From contig MEUM01000082.1 in assembly GCA_001771735.1 (NCBI GenBank), positions 1 through 25,668 of the forward strand: DNA of 25,668 nucleotides, written 5' to 3'. The position numbers and the translations under genes were made by a program. Shown one piece after another: positions 8,445-17,634 of the stretch. A model generated the notes under the pieces. That model had not been told where the DNA came from and did not search any database. It saw only the letters and a list, made by a program, of their open reading frames with translations. How positions within the stretch are numbered: the first letter of the stretch is position 1; the number at the start of each line of letters is the position of its first letter. Origin of the DNA: a candidate division WOR-3 bacterium RBG_13_43_14. Lineage in GTDB: Bacteria > Hydrothermota > Tepidihabitantia > SM23-42.

Positions 8445-8473
8445 ATTATAATTACTCTTTGACAAAGTGTCAA
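8445..8473 (-). promoter_or_regulatory. Perfect sigma70-type promoter for the leftward operon
   Basis: On the minus strand: TTGACA (8473-8468), 17-nt spacer, TATAAT (8450-8445). Confidence 0.85.
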
Positions 8474-8507
8474 GGGAAGCGAGTTATTTCGGCAATTTAT
8501 GCAGGGC

Positions 8508-8535
8508 TTGATTCGATACGAAATATGAATATAAT
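8508..8535 (+). promoter_or_regulatory. sigma70-type promoter for metK-ahcY
   Basis: TTGATT (8508-8513), 16-nt spacer, TATAAT (8530-8535), then SD AAGGAGG (8544-8550). Confidence 0.7.
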
Positions 8536-8553
8536 TCATCAATAAGGAGGCCT

Positions 8554-9696
8554 ATGTCAAAATATTTTATTACCTCGGAGTCAGTTACCGAAGGGCATCC
8601 TGATAAAATATGTGATCAGTCATCTGATGCGATACTTGATTTAGTTTTGGAAAAGGATCCTTTTGGCCGTGTAGCAGTTGAAACCCTTGCAACCCGCGGC
8701 TTGATATTTGTCGCTGGTGAGCTTTCAACGAATTGTTATGTGGAGATCGACAATATAGTCCGTGCTCTATTGTATGAGATCGGTTATAATGACAGTGATA
8801 TGGGAATAGATGCCCATTCATGCGCGATTATTTCAGCGATCCAGGAGCAGTCAAAAGATATCGCGATCGGTGTCGATATCGGCGGTGCGGGTGATCAAGG
8901 CATGATGTACGGTTTTGCCTGCAATGAAACACCGGAGCTAATGCCCTTACCGATCATGCTTGCCCACAAACTCGTGCGTCGTCTGGCTGAGCTCCGGAAG
9001 GCAAACATCGTTGATTATCTGCATCCAGATGGCAAAGCCCAGGTAACGGTGGAATATGCTGATAAAAAACCGGTTGCGATCTCAACCGTGATTCTCTCGG
9101 CGCAACACCATAATGATGTCAGCAATGAACAACTCCATGCTGATTTGAAGAAATTAGTGATCAAAGAATTACTTCCTCAGAATTTGATCAATGATAGAAC
9201 TAAGCTTTTAATTAATCCCACCGGACGTTTTGTGGTCGGCGGACCACAGGGTGATACCGGCGTGACTGGTCGTAAAATAATCGTTGATACATACGGCGGC
9301 GTTGGCCATCATGGAGGCGGATGCTTCTCGGGAAAAGATCCAACAAAGGTTGATCGGTCAGCTTCATATATGGCGCGTTATGTTGCCAAGAACATTGTGG
9401 CGGCCGGTGTTTGTGATCGGGTCGAAATAGCATTATCCTATGCGATCGGTGTTGCTGAACCGATATCGATCGATATAAATTCTTTTGGAACCGCAAAAGT
9501 CGATGAAAGTAAGATCGTCAATGCACTCCGTAAATTATTTGACTTCACTCCCCAGGGGATTATTGATAAACTTAACTTAAGACGGCCGATCTATAAACGC
9601 ACGGCATGTTATGGGCATTTTGGCCGTGAGGAAGAAGGATTCAGCTGGGAAATTTGCGATATGGCTGATGCGATCCGGCGCGAAACCGGTATTTGA
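8554..9696 (+). CDS. metK: S-adenosylmethionine synthetase
   Basis: [53 protein letters not shown]. Confidence 0.98.
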   Translation: MSKYFITSESVTEGHPDKICDQSSDAILDLVLEKDPFGRVAVETLATRGLIFVAGELSTNCYVEIDNIVRALLYEIGYNDSDMGIDAHSCAIISAIQEQSKDIAIGVDIGGAGDQGMMYGFACNETPELMPLPIMLAHKLVRRLAELRKANIVDYLHPDGKAQVTVEYADKKPVAISTVILSAQHHNDVSNEQLHADLKKLVIKELLPQNLINDRTKLLINPTGRFVVGGPQGDTGVTGRKIIVDTYGGVGHHGGGCFSGKDPTKVDRSASYMARYVAKNIVAAGVCDRVEIALSYAIGVAEPISIDINSFGTAKVDESKIVNALRKLFDFTPQGIIDKLNLRRPIYKRTACYGHFGREEEGFSWEICDMADAIRRETGI

Positions 9697-9730
9697 GCGG
9701 TCGGTAATCAATACGAAGAAAAGGAGCGGC

Positions 9731-10972
9731 ATGAAATATCACATTAAGAATATTAATCTAGCATCGGAAGGGTATCGCCGGATTGACTGGGCAAATTCAA
9801 AAATGCCTGTTCTAAGCTTGATCGGGGATCGGTTTAGACGGAAAAAAGTTCTCAAAAACCGGCGGATCGGATGTTGTTTGCATGTTACTACCGAAACTGC
9901 GAATCTTGTCAGGATATTAAAGGCAGGTGGAGCTCATGTTTATCTTTGCGCTTCTAATCCGCTTTCAACTCAGGACGATGTCTCAGCCGCCCTGGCTAAA
10001 GACGGGATCGGTGTTTATGCAATTAATGGTGAAAATCGGCGCGAATATTATTTTAATATGGACCAGGTTCTTAAGGCAAAACCAGAAATCCTGATCGATG
10101 ACGGAGCCGACCTCATTTCAACCGTACATAAAAAAAGAACAAAAGGCGTGCTTGGTGCTACAGAAGAAACAACTACCGGCGTTATTCGTCTGAAGCAAAT
10201 GGAGCAGGATAAAGTACTGCGCTTTCCGATCGTTGCGGTAAATGATTCATTGACCAAACATTTATTTGATAATCGCTATGGCACCGGTCAATCAACCATT
10301 GATGGTATATTAAGGGCGACCAATGTTCTAATATCCGGCAGCAATTTTGTCGTAGCTGGATACGGTTGGTGCGGCCGGGGTTTAGCGATGCGCGCGCGGG
10401 GCATGGGCGCAAATGTTATTGTTACGGAAGTGGATCCAGTAAAAGCCCTTGAGGCGCGCATGGATGGTTACAATGTTATGCCCATGATCGATGCCGCCAA
10501 GGTCGGTGATATTTTTATTACTGTGACCGGTGATATCAAAGTCATTCGGCGAGAACATATGTTGAAAATGAAAGACGGCGCGATTATCGGGAATTCGGGT
10601 CATTTTGATGTTGAAATTGACAAAGTTGTTCTGAAAAAATTGACGCGCCGGCAACGATCGATCCGTAATTTCTGCGAGGAATACACATTGAAAAGCGGTA
10701 AAAAGCTTTACCTGCTATCTGAAGGTAGATTAGTAAATCTGGCTGCAGCCGAAGGGCATCCGGCAATGGTTATGGATATGTCTTTTGCCAATCAGGCGCT
10801 AGCCGTTGAATATATTCTAAATAATAAGAAATTAAAAAATGTCGTATGTACTTTACCGGTCAAGATAGACGAATCGATCGCACATTTAAAATTGAAATCA
10901 ATGGGTATCAAGATCGACTCGCTTACCCCGGAACAGAAACACTATCTTACTTCCTGGAAAATGGGAACGTAG
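9731..10972 (+). CDS. ahcY: Adenosylhomocysteinase, 413 aa from ATG 9731
   Basis: [59 protein letters not shown] before 9731, so the ORF-track start at 9611 is too far upstream. Confidence 0.97.
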   Translation: MKYHIKNINLASEGYRRIDWANSKMPVLSLIGDRFRRKKVLKNRRIGCCLHVTTETANLVRILKAGGAHVYLCASNPLSTQDDVSAALAKDGIGVYAINGENRREYYFNMDQVLKAKPEILIDDGADLISTVHKKRTKGVLGATEETTTGVIRLKQMEQDKVLRFPIVAVNDSLTKHLFDNRYGTGQSTIDGILRATNVLISGSNFVVAGYGWCGRGLAMRARGMGANVIVTEVDPVKALEARMDGYNVMPMIDAAKVGDIFITVTGDIKVIRREHMLKMKDGAIIGNSGHFDVEIDKVVLKKLTRRQRSIRNFCEEYTLKSGKKLYLLSEGRLVNLAAAEGHPAMVMDMSFANQALAVEYILNNKKLKNVVCTLPVKIDESIAHLKLKSMGIKIDSLTPEQKHYLTSWKMGT

Positions 10973-11310
10973 TATACGCTAAACGCCTGACACTATACGC
11001 TGAAAAACTTCATAGCTTAATAAGTTGGAAGTAATAGAGAATCGTAAATCGTCAATTGGCAGCGAAAGGCGAGTCGTTGTTGTGGGAGCGGCTTTCCACA
11101 GCCGCGATCCTATTATCGAGCCCAGGAGGGCTCTCCCACAATGGATTAAACGGCATTAACGAACTCAACGAGACTAACGATCAAAATGTCATTTAATAAC
11201 CGACTAACCCAATGACGATCAAAAATGACTCAATGACCAATGACAAAATGATTACTATGTTTCCAGCTTCCAAACTCCAACCCCTAAACTATTCTTCTTT
11301 AGGTATTTAG
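10973..11310. repeat. Patchwork of short tandem (7-9 nt) repeat arrays
   Basis: TATACGC/TAAACGC (10973-11000), AATCGTA/AATCGTC (11040-11053), 9-mers with an AACG core (11146-11185), TGACCAA/TGACTCAA (~11200-11250), TTCCAGC/TTCCAAA/CTCCAAC/CCCTAAA (11261-11288). Confidence 0.7.
11080..11141. repeat. REP doublet / REPIN-like cloverleaf
   Basis: Perfect 9-bp outer inverted repeat TTGTGGGAG..CTCCCACAA enclosing hairpins GCGGCT-N6-AGCCGC (11088-11105) and GAGCCC-N4-GGGCTC (11118-11133). GTGG tetranucleotide as in GTRG-type REPs. Confidence 0.7.
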
Positions 11311-11313
11311 ACG

Positions 11314-11350
11314 TTTTTCGCCTTAGGCGAATCAGCCTTCGGCTGAAGAT
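11314..11350 (+). repeat. Double-hairpin intergenic repeat, copy 2
   Basis: TCGCCTTAGGCGA-A-TCAGCCTTCGGCTGA, homologous to the reverse complement of 23613-23654. Confidence 0.75.
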
Positions 11351-11366
11351 ATTTAGGGCCTTTGCT

Positions 11367-12458
11367 TTATTGTTGTTCAAAGCTTCTCACGAACATCATG
11401 CCAGGCAGTTGTTTGACCAATCCTTTCATCTCCAGTTCAAGTAATATCTGTAGTATCGATGAGGTTGGTCGATCAAGCCGCTCGGCGATTGAATCAAGAT
11501 ATATTGGTTCGAGCGATAATTCTTGCCAGATCGGTTCGTGATCCGGGTCGAGTTTGATATCGATCGTGAGGGGTTCTTTTTTGTTTTTATCTGGATTCAA
11601 TCCAAGATATTCGAGTACGTCCTGGCTTGATGTTACTGGAATAGCACCATCTTTGATGAGACGATTGGTGCCGCTCGAGGCTTTTGAAAAAATATTACCG
11701 GGTATCGCGAAGACATCGCGGTTCTGATTCAACGCCCATTGAACCGTATTCATGACGCCGCTTTTTTCCTTAGCTTCGACCGCTACGACCGCCCGGGCAA
11801 GACCCGAAACAATGCGATTACGTTTTGGAAAATTCTGGGCATGCGGGGGCGTACTGATACCAAATTCCGAGATTACCGCGCCGCTCTTTATTATTCTTTC
11901 CATGAGCTTTTGATTTTCCGGTGGATAGCAAATATCAATACCACACCCAAGAACCGCGATCGTGCGGCCATTATTACGCAAGGCGCTTGTGTGGGCAACC
12001 GTATCAATACCTCTGGCCATGCCGCTCACGATTGTTATCCCGGCTTTAATAAAATCGCTGGTGAAGATATCGGCGATCTGCTTGCCATAAACAGTTGCTC
12101 CCCGGGTACCGATCACGGCGATGCTGTTATGGTCGGTGTCTTTGATCTCACCCCGCATAAAAAGCACGGGTGGAAAATGTTCTATTGTCTTGAGCCAGGC
12201 AGGATATTGAGGAGAATAATATGGGATGGCTTTTATCAGCAGCTTTTCCGCGATGCGATACTTTTTCTCGAGCGTATCATCCAGCTTTAAGTTTTTTATG
12301 CAATTAGCGATCTCGATACCGGTTGTTTTGGCGATCTCATGTCGGTCGGTATTTTTAATCGCCTCGGCTGATTGGAAGAGTTCCAAAAGCGCAAAAAGCT
12401 TGACCCCGTTCAGTTTATCGATCGATAACAGGTCAATAAAAGACCTTAGTTCATTCAT
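11367..12458 (-). CDS. dprA: DNA-protecting protein DprA
   Basis: AVIGTRGAT, IVSGMARGIDTVAH, AVLGCGID..YP, NFPKRNRIVSG, VFAIPG, C-terminal winged helix (LLELEMKGLVKQLPG). Confidence 0.96.
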   Translation of the reverse strand: MNELRSFIDLLSIDKLNGVKLFALLELFQSAEAIKNTDRHEIAKTTGIEIANCIKNLKLDDTLEKKYRIAEKLLIKAIPYYSPQYPAWLKTIEHFPPVLFMRGEIKDTDHNSIAVIGTRGATVYGKQIADIFTSDFIKAGITIVSGMARGIDTVAHTSALRNNGRTIAVLGCGIDICYPPENQKLMERIIKSGAVISEFGISTPPHAQNFPKRNRIVSGLARAVVAVEAKEKSGVMNTVQWALNQNRDVFAIPGNIFSKASSGTNRLIKDGAIPVTSSQDVLEYLGLNPDKNKKEPLTIDIKLDPDHEPIWQELSLEPIYLDSIAERLDRPTSSILQILLELEMKGLVKQLPGMMFVRSFEQQ

Positions 12459-12975
12459 GCCGCTGAAGTTCTTTAATCATTAGAAACAAATCAGGATTAT
12501 TGGTTTCGATTACTGCTAAAAAGCGCTCCGTTCTACCGGTATCCGATGTAAATTCATGAATTTTGATCGCGCATTCGCCGGCTTCCTTTTGCAGTAATTT
12601 GCTCAGGGCATTGCAGGCTTCTTTGATCACAGTTGGGTTATCGTCCTGCAGTAATAATTCGATTATTGCTTCAAATGAATTCGGGCTTGCGATCTCACCC
12701 AGTGCCAGGCAGGCGGCCGCCCGCGTATACCAATATCCTTTTTTCAGCAGCAGCTCAAGCCGCGGCACGACCTGATTCCCGTATTGAGCAAGTTTGTTCG
12801 CGGCGCGCTCGCGCATGATCCAGGATTCATCCTCAAGCAGCTTGATCAGGATTCTTAATGTTTCTCTTTCCTTGACACCATTGAGCTTGTCAAGGACCTG
12901 AAGCCGTTTTTTAATATTCGGTGATTCGAGCAATTTTATGAGATTGGCGCGGTCCTGTTTAAATCTAATTTTCAT
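12451..12975 (-). CDS. HEAT-repeat protein, 174 aa
   Basis: HEAT-like units (LLEDESWIMRERAANKL, WYTRAAACLALGEI). Overlaps both obgE and dprA. Confidence 0.8.
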   Translation of the reverse strand: MKIRFKQDRANLIKLLESPNIKKRLQVLDKLNGVKERETLRILIKLLEDESWIMRERAANKLAQYGNQVVPRLELLLKKGYWYTRAAACLALGEIASPNSFEAIIELLLQDDNPTVIKEACNALSKLLQKEAGECAIKIHEFTSDTGRTERFLAVIETNNPDLFLMIKELQRHE

Positions 12976-13915
12976 TGCTTAGATATTCACCCAGCTCCTT
13001 AATACCGTCCCCTCTGAGGGCTGACACATAAAAAGTTCTTTCTTTAATATTATACTTTTTCAGACGATTTAATAAATCGATCTTATTAAAAATTATTATT
13101 CTGGGTTTTTTCATAAGACCTTGATCATATTGTTCAAATTCCTTTACAATACTGCGATATTGTTTTAGCGGTTGATGCATAGTTATATCGATCACAAGGA
13201 CCAAAAAGCGGGTACGTTCGATGTGACGTAAAAATTGAATGCCCAATCCCTTACCTTTGTGAGCATCTTCAATTATCCCGGGCATATCAGCCAGGACAAT
13301 GTTCCTTTTGGCGCTTTTCAGCACACCTAGATTGGGTGCGAGCGTGGTGAATGGGTAATCAGCGGTTTTGTATCGGGAATGGGCGAGCGCATTGAGCAGG
13401 GTCGATTTTCCGGCGTTGGGAAAACCGACAATACCAATATCGGAAATAACCTTGAGGACCAGTTGAATGGTTCGTCTATCACCGGGGTTACCTTCTTCTG
13501 AGATACGTGGCGAACGTCTGGATGCGCTGGCAAAGTGCATATTGCCACGACCGCCGCGACCGCCTCGAGCAATAAGTAATTTCTCATCGTGATTGATCAG
13601 CTCGCCGATCATGCGTCCATCAGCGTAAGCGACAACCCCTAAAGGCGTATGGATAAAAACATCAACGCCGCTGCGGCCATGCATTTTTTTACCTTTGCCA
13701 TGAAGACCCCGCTCGGCGCGAAAATGGGGTTTAGTCTGTAGATCATAGAGTGTGAGCATAGATCGGCTGCCGACGAGATAAACTGAACCGCCATTGCCAC
13801 CGTCGCCACCATCGGGCCCACCCTTGGGAATGAATTTCTCGCGGCGAAAAGACATGCAGCCGTTACCGCCATGCCCACCTTCGACATAGATCTTTGCCGT
13901 ATCGACGAATTTCAT
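12965..13915 (-). CDS. obgE: Obg-family GTPase (short form), 316 aa
   Basis: Gly-rich Obg fold (GGHGGNG..FRREK..PKGGPDGGDGG), GFPNAGKST, YPFTTL.P, DMPG, NKID. Confidence 0.97.
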   Translation of the reverse strand: MKFVDTAKIYVEGGHGGNGCMSFRREKFIPKGGPDGGDGGNGGSVYLVGSRSMLTLYDLQTKPHFRAERGLHGKGKKMHGRSGVDVFIHTPLGVVAYADGRMIGELINHDEKLLIARGGRGGRGNMHFASASRRSPRISEEGNPGDRRTIQLVLKVISDIGIVGFPNAGKSTLLNALAHSRYKTADYPFTTLAPNLGVLKSAKRNIVLADMPGIIEDAHKGKGLGIQFLRHIERTRFLVLVIDITMHQPLKQYRSIVKEFEQYDQGLMKKPRIIIFNKIDLLNRLKKYNIKERTFYVSALRGDGIKELGEYLSNEN

Positions 13916-13922
13916 TTTTATT

Positions 13923-13950
13923 ATTATAGCGAAGAATAATGAAGAATCAA
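13923..13950 (-). promoter_or_regulatory. Internal sigma70-type promoter just upstream of obgE (probably leaderless mRNA)
   Basis: TTGATT (13950-13945), 16-nt spacer, TATAAT (13928-13923), 7 nt, ATG. No SD. Confidence 0.6.
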
Positions 13951-13960
13951 CATACTGATA

Positions 13961-13988
13961 ACAGATTACAGTTAACAGATTGCAGTAA
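13961..13988. repeat. Heptamer tandem array (4 units)
   Basis: ACAGATT ACAGTTA ACAGATT GCAGTAA immediately after the coaD stop. Confidence 0.6.
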
Positions 13989-14477
13989 TTACGGTTTCTT
14001 TTTATTTGAGATCTTTTTCAATAATGCTTTGGCAACGATGTCCGGCACGAGTGCCGATATATCACCGCCCAGAGAAGCGATCTCTTTGACCAGCGATGAG
14101 CTGATGAAAATATATTTTTCGCCGGGCATGAGAAATATGGTTTCAATATCCGGCGCAAGCTTGCGGTTCATCAAAGTCATCTGCAATTCATAGTCAAAAT
14201 CCGAAACCGCCCGGATGCCGCGGATCAAAGTAGCGGCATTCATTTTACGGGCCAGATCCACTAATAGGGATGAAAAACCGACAACCTCGATGTCTTTTCG
14301 GCCTTTGACCACTGATTTAACAAGCGCTATCCTTTCTTGCTGGCTGAACATGGTTATCTTGGGCCGGGCGCTGACCCCGACGATCACCCGGTCAAAGATC
14401 GCTTTTGCCCGGTTAAGAACATCGATATGACCGTAGGTTATCGGATCAAAAGTTCCTGCGTATATAGCCTTTTTCAT
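13989..14477 (-). CDS. coaD: Phosphopantetheine adenylyltransferase
   Basis: AIYAGTFDPITYGHIDV, IRGIRAVSDFDYELQM, ISSSLVKEIA. Confidence 0.97.
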   Translation of the reverse strand: MKKAIYAGTFDPITYGHIDVLNRAKAIFDRVIVGVSARPKITMFSQQERIALVKSVVKGRKDIEVVGFSSLLVDLARKMNAATLIRGIRAVSDFDYELQMTLMNRKLAPDIETIFLMPGEKYIFISSSLVKEIASLGGDISALVPDIVAKALLKKISNKKKP

Positions 14478-15013
14478 TACATTGACTCCGGTTTTGAATC
14501 GATAACCGATATGGCGGTTTCACCATGTTTTTTGTGCTTTATCATTTGCCATTCTCCAGGAAGATTAATCGTCTCCTTTGCATGATGTTCAACAATAACA
14601 ACGCCGGAGGCGAGATCGCAATTATGAAGTAAAATAAGGGTTTGATCAACGTAGTCACGGTGATAAGGAGGGTCGAGGAATACGATATCGAATTTCCTGC
14701 CTTTGAGTTTTTTGAGACTGCGGCGAAAATCATATTTCAGAACCTCGCATTTGTCTTTTATCTTAAACCGGTCGATATTGATCATCAGACTACGAGCATT
14801 GGTTTCGATGAAAACGCAATTGCATGCTCCGCGGCATATCGCTTCAATTCCAAGGGCACCGCTGCCAGCAAAGACATCAAGGATGTGCGCGTTTACGACC
14901 AGACTGCCGAGAATATTGAATATTGACTCGCGAACAATCCCTTTTGTTGGTCGGGTGCCCTTTTTTGCTACCTTTAGAGATCTGCCTTTGTTTCTACCTC
15001 CAACAATCCTCAT
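14477..15013 (-). CDS. rsmD: 16S rRNA m2G966 methyltransferase
   Basis: MRIVGGRNKGR, TRPT..VRESIFNIL, LDVFAGSGALGIEA, VFLDPPY. TAATG overlap with coaD. Confidence 0.93.
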   Translation of the reverse strand: MRIVGGRNKGRSLKVAKKGTRPTKGIVRESIFNILGSLVVNAHILDVFAGSGALGIEAICRGACNCVFIETNARSLMINIDRFKIKDKCEVLKYDFRRSLKKLKGRKFDIVFLDPPYHRDYVDQTLILLHNCDLASGVVIVEHHAKETINLPGEWQMIKHKKHGETAISVIDSKPESM

Positions 15014-15060
15014 TACATCATGTCAAGGATGTCAGAGCCGCAAAATTCGTTAAAGTCTCT

Positions 15061-16659
15061 TTAGTAATTTCTAATAATCGTCGGCGTGATAAAGATCAGT
15101 AATTCCCGGTCCTCAAAAGTAGTCGTTGTTTCCCGGAATAATGCTCCCAGAATCGGTATGGATTTGAGTATCGGGATACCGCGCACGCTTTTGGTCTCTT
15201 TGCGGCGGATAAAACCACCGATAACAACGGTATTGCCGTCTTTAACCAGGACTTTGGAATCAGCTTCGGATGTAGTAATGATCGGGCGGCCGGCAAGCGC
15301 CGAAGCACGATCAAGTTCACTGACCTCAGCATGTATATCCATTGTGATCTCTTCAAGCGAATTGATATGGGGCGTAACCTCAAGTTTTGTACCGACGGTA
15401 TAGAATTGGATCACAGTATTACCGGAAATATCACGGGTAGGGATTCCGAAACGCTGACCACCGAGTATCGATGCCTGTATATTATCGACTGCGGTTATTC
15501 TGGGTGAAGAGATGGTTTGTGCCTTGCCGTTCTCTTCAAGCATATTGATAAACATATTGATCTGGGCGAGCGATGGAACCGTACCAATATTGAAAATGCT
15601 GTAACCAACGATTGATGGATTCTGATTGCTGACTATTTCACCGCGGATGACTCGGCTTTCAAGACCTTTTAAGGTCCAGTCGATCCCTAGTCCTTTCGAT
15701 GTCGAAGCGTCAAGATCGACCACCTTGGCCATGATCTCGACCTGCGGAGTCGGCGTATCGAGAAGTTTAACCAGCTGTTCGATCTTGTTGTGTATCGGAT
15801 CGACCTCAGTTACGACAATCGAATTGGTCCGTTCGTCGACATTGGCTTTGCCTTTTGGCGACAGCATCGCTGCAATCTTGTTCAGCATTTTGGCTGGATC
15901 CGCAAACTCAAGTTTATAAATCTTGGATGATGTCGGTAGATCATAATCCTGCTTGTCAAGATTGTCGGCAGTATCGACCCTGATCACACCAGGATCTTCC
16001 CGGTAAGCGTAACCAGAAGCTTTTAGAATAATATCTAATGCCTGACGCCAGGGCACGTTGTGCAATCTAACCGTAACCGTGCCTTTGACATCTTTGCCAG
16101 CGACGATATTCATTCCCGAATATTCAGCAAGTGCGCGCAAAACGGTTAGAATGTCGGCGTTCTCAAGGTCGATCGAAATCGGTCGCCCGGTAATCGTTGC
16201 GGTTGGTTTTGGCGTTGGTGCAGGAACGTTGGTCTCCAGAGTCGGTGTGGCAACTATTTCAGAACCGACTGAATGCCATTCAGCAAAAGGCATGGCCTGA
16301 CCAGTAAGTACGGTTAGTACAAAATTATTTTCTTCGGTCAGGGTTAAATAAGAGTAATCATTGTCAAGGGTTGCGACCACACGAATAAGATCGCTTTGCT
16401 CTGTGAATCCGGTAACGGTGATTTCTTTCACCCCGCCACGGTTCACGGCAAATTTCTTACCAACTAATGAGCTCGATACTCCCGAACAATCTATAACAAC
16501 TCTTGCCGGGTTCTTTAAGCTGAAGGAATTGGCAACGAATGGTGCATCGGCAACGACTGAAAGTTTTGTATTGACACCCTCAGAAGCGACCACTATATCT
16601 TTTATTACTGCACCACCGGCCAGGGAAATTACCAAGCTCAGAATTAAAATATTCCTCAT
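15061..16659 (-). CDS. pilQ: Type IV pilus secretin (AMIN + N domains + secretin)
   Basis: Signal peptide, AMIN-like L.NP.RVVID, ISIDLENADI..VLR.LAE, VDERTNSIVV, VGTKLEVTPHI, LKSIPILGALFR, ELLIFITPTI. Confidence 0.93.
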   Translation of the reverse strand: MRNILILSLVISLAGGAVIKDIVVASEGVNTKLSVVADAPFVANSFSLKNPARVVIDCSGVSSSLVGKKFAVNRGGVKEITVTGFTEQSDLIRVVATLDNDYSYLTLTEENNFVLTVLTGQAMPFAEWHSVGSEIVATPTLETNVPAPTPKPTATITGRPISIDLENADILTVLRALAEYSGMNIVAGKDVKGTVTVRLHNVPWRQALDIILKASGYAYREDPGVIRVDTADNLDKQDYDLPTSSKIYKLEFADPAKMLNKIAAMLSPKGKANVDERTNSIVVTEVDPIHNKIEQLVKLLDTPTPQVEIMAKVVDLDASTSKGLGIDWTLKGLESRVIRGEIVSNQNPSIVGYSIFNIGTVPSLAQINMFINMLEENGKAQTISSPRITAVDNIQASILGGQRFGIPTRDISGNTVIQFYTVGTKLEVTPHINSLEEITMDIHAEVSELDRASALAGRPIITTSEADSKVLVKDGNTVVIGGFIRRKETKSVRGIPILKSIPILGALFRETTTTFEDRELLIFITPTIIRNY

Positions 16660-16671
16660 ATATTACCTCCT

Positions 16672-17082
16672 TTACTTTTCGTTTGGTTGAAGTCTGAGTT
16701 CATACTTGGTAACAACACCAGCGTGGACAATTTCGAAAATAATCGATTGACGATTTATTTCCTTTACTTTTCCACCGGCAACTTTGTCACCTCTCTTAAG
16801 GATATAACCATTGTTTACTCCATCTTTGACCAATGCATAATATCCTTTGTCTCCCCATAGTATCCCGATCAATGTTAAATTTTCGACACTGAGGTGACTT
16901 GCCTTTCCACCTTCGGATAGGTCCCATCCAAGTAAAGGTACAAATGGATCCCGACGACCCGATTCCTTATAATCCCATTTTTCAACTGGGAAAAGAGTAT
17001 CGGTTGAGGTGGCAGTAGTTTCTGGTGCCTGGTTAACGAGTAAAATGGCGAAAGCAATATTACTTACGAGGTGGCACAGCAT
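16672..17082 (-). CDS. pilP: PilP-like pilus assembly protein, 136 aa from ATG 17082
   Basis: Y..SGRRDPFVP motif, LIGILWG, ALVKD, position between pilO and pilQ. SD AAGGAGG before ATG 17082. Confidence 0.75.
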   Translation of the reverse strand: MLCHLVSNIAFAILLVNQAPETTATSTDTLFPVEKWDYKESGRRDPFVPLLGWDLSEGGKASHLSVENLTLIGILWGDKGYYALVKDGVNNGYILKRGDKVAGGKVKEINRQSIIFEIVHAGVVTKYELRLQPNEK

Positions 17083-17632
17083 GGGGCACCTCCTTTCCTT
17101 GTGCAACTGTATAGGTTGCGGCACTCAGTGTTGCCTCAATGCTTCTATCCTTACCAGCTTTGATAACCACCGAGGGCACATTGACTATTCTGGCCAGGTT
17201 TCCGACATTCGATAAAAATCGGCCGAGTTGATGATAACCGCAGACGATTTTTATCTGAACCGGTATTTCTGAATAATTCGTTTTTAACTGTGGAGCACTG
17301 GGTTTGAAAAGCAAGAAACTTACACCGGCCTTAGTCCCGGAATTCGATATCTGCTGTATGAGCGATGGGATCTCTTTTGCTTTGGGTAACATTTCTTTAG
17401 CTTTTTCCCATTCTAATTCCAGTCGCGCGATCTTGGCTTGAAGTTCCGGTAGACGTTCACGTGCAGCTTCAGCTTTTTGAACCTCGATCCGCAATGAATC
17501 GCGCATCGTGATCAGGTTTTTGATCTTCTTTTGATTGGGCTGATAGAGCAACTGGAAAAACGCGATGAGTATGATTATTAGTAAAACGAAAAACAAAATT
17601 AATTTTTGGGTTTTCGGTTCACGTATATTCAT
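17060..17632 (-). CDS. pilO: Type IV pilus assembly protein PilO
   Basis: N-terminal TM helix and coiled coil, LPKAKEIPSLIQQI, GYHQLGRFLSNVGNLARIVNV. Confidence 0.92.
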   Translation of the reverse strand: MNIREPKTQKLILFFVLLIIILIAFFQLLYQPNQKKIKNLITMRDSLRIEVQKAEAARERLPELQAKIARLELEWEKAKEMLPKAKEIPSLIQQISNSGTKAGVSFLLFKPSAPQLKTNYSEIPVQIKIVCGYHQLGRFLSNVGNLARIVNVPSVVIKAGKDRSIEATLSAATYTVAQGKEVPHAVPPRK

Positions 17633-17634
17633 GA

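Noticed and set aside
8474-8553. Possible SAM riboswitch upstream of metK
   Set aside because: The promoter places the start site about 12 nt before the ATG, leaving no room; no SAM-I core motifs seen.
9611-9730. N-terminal extension of AhcY in the ORF track
   Set aside because: Overlaps the metK 3' end; the SD and family alignment support ATG 9731.
10973-11366. Possible CRISPR array or tRNA in the repeat-rich spacer
   Set aside because: No constant 23-47-nt repeat with unique spacers; the cloverleaf lacks D/T-loop consensus, a 7-nt anticodon loop and tRNA length.
11739-12290. 183-aa plus-strand ORF and other 60-135-aa ORFs antisense to or nested in real genes (for example 17606-18067, 18772-19176, 25019-25426, 4550-4954)
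   Set aside because: Shadow ORFs of well-supported genes; no SD or motifs.
12403-12415. ACCCCGTTCA resembling the MITE terminus, inside dprA
   Set aside because: In-frame coding sequence with no partner inverted repeat; likely chance.
15018-15036. TGACAT-N3-TGACAT direct repeat (minus strand) including a TTGACA just before rsmD
   Set aside because: No matching -10 at a usable spacing; too short to distinguish from chance.
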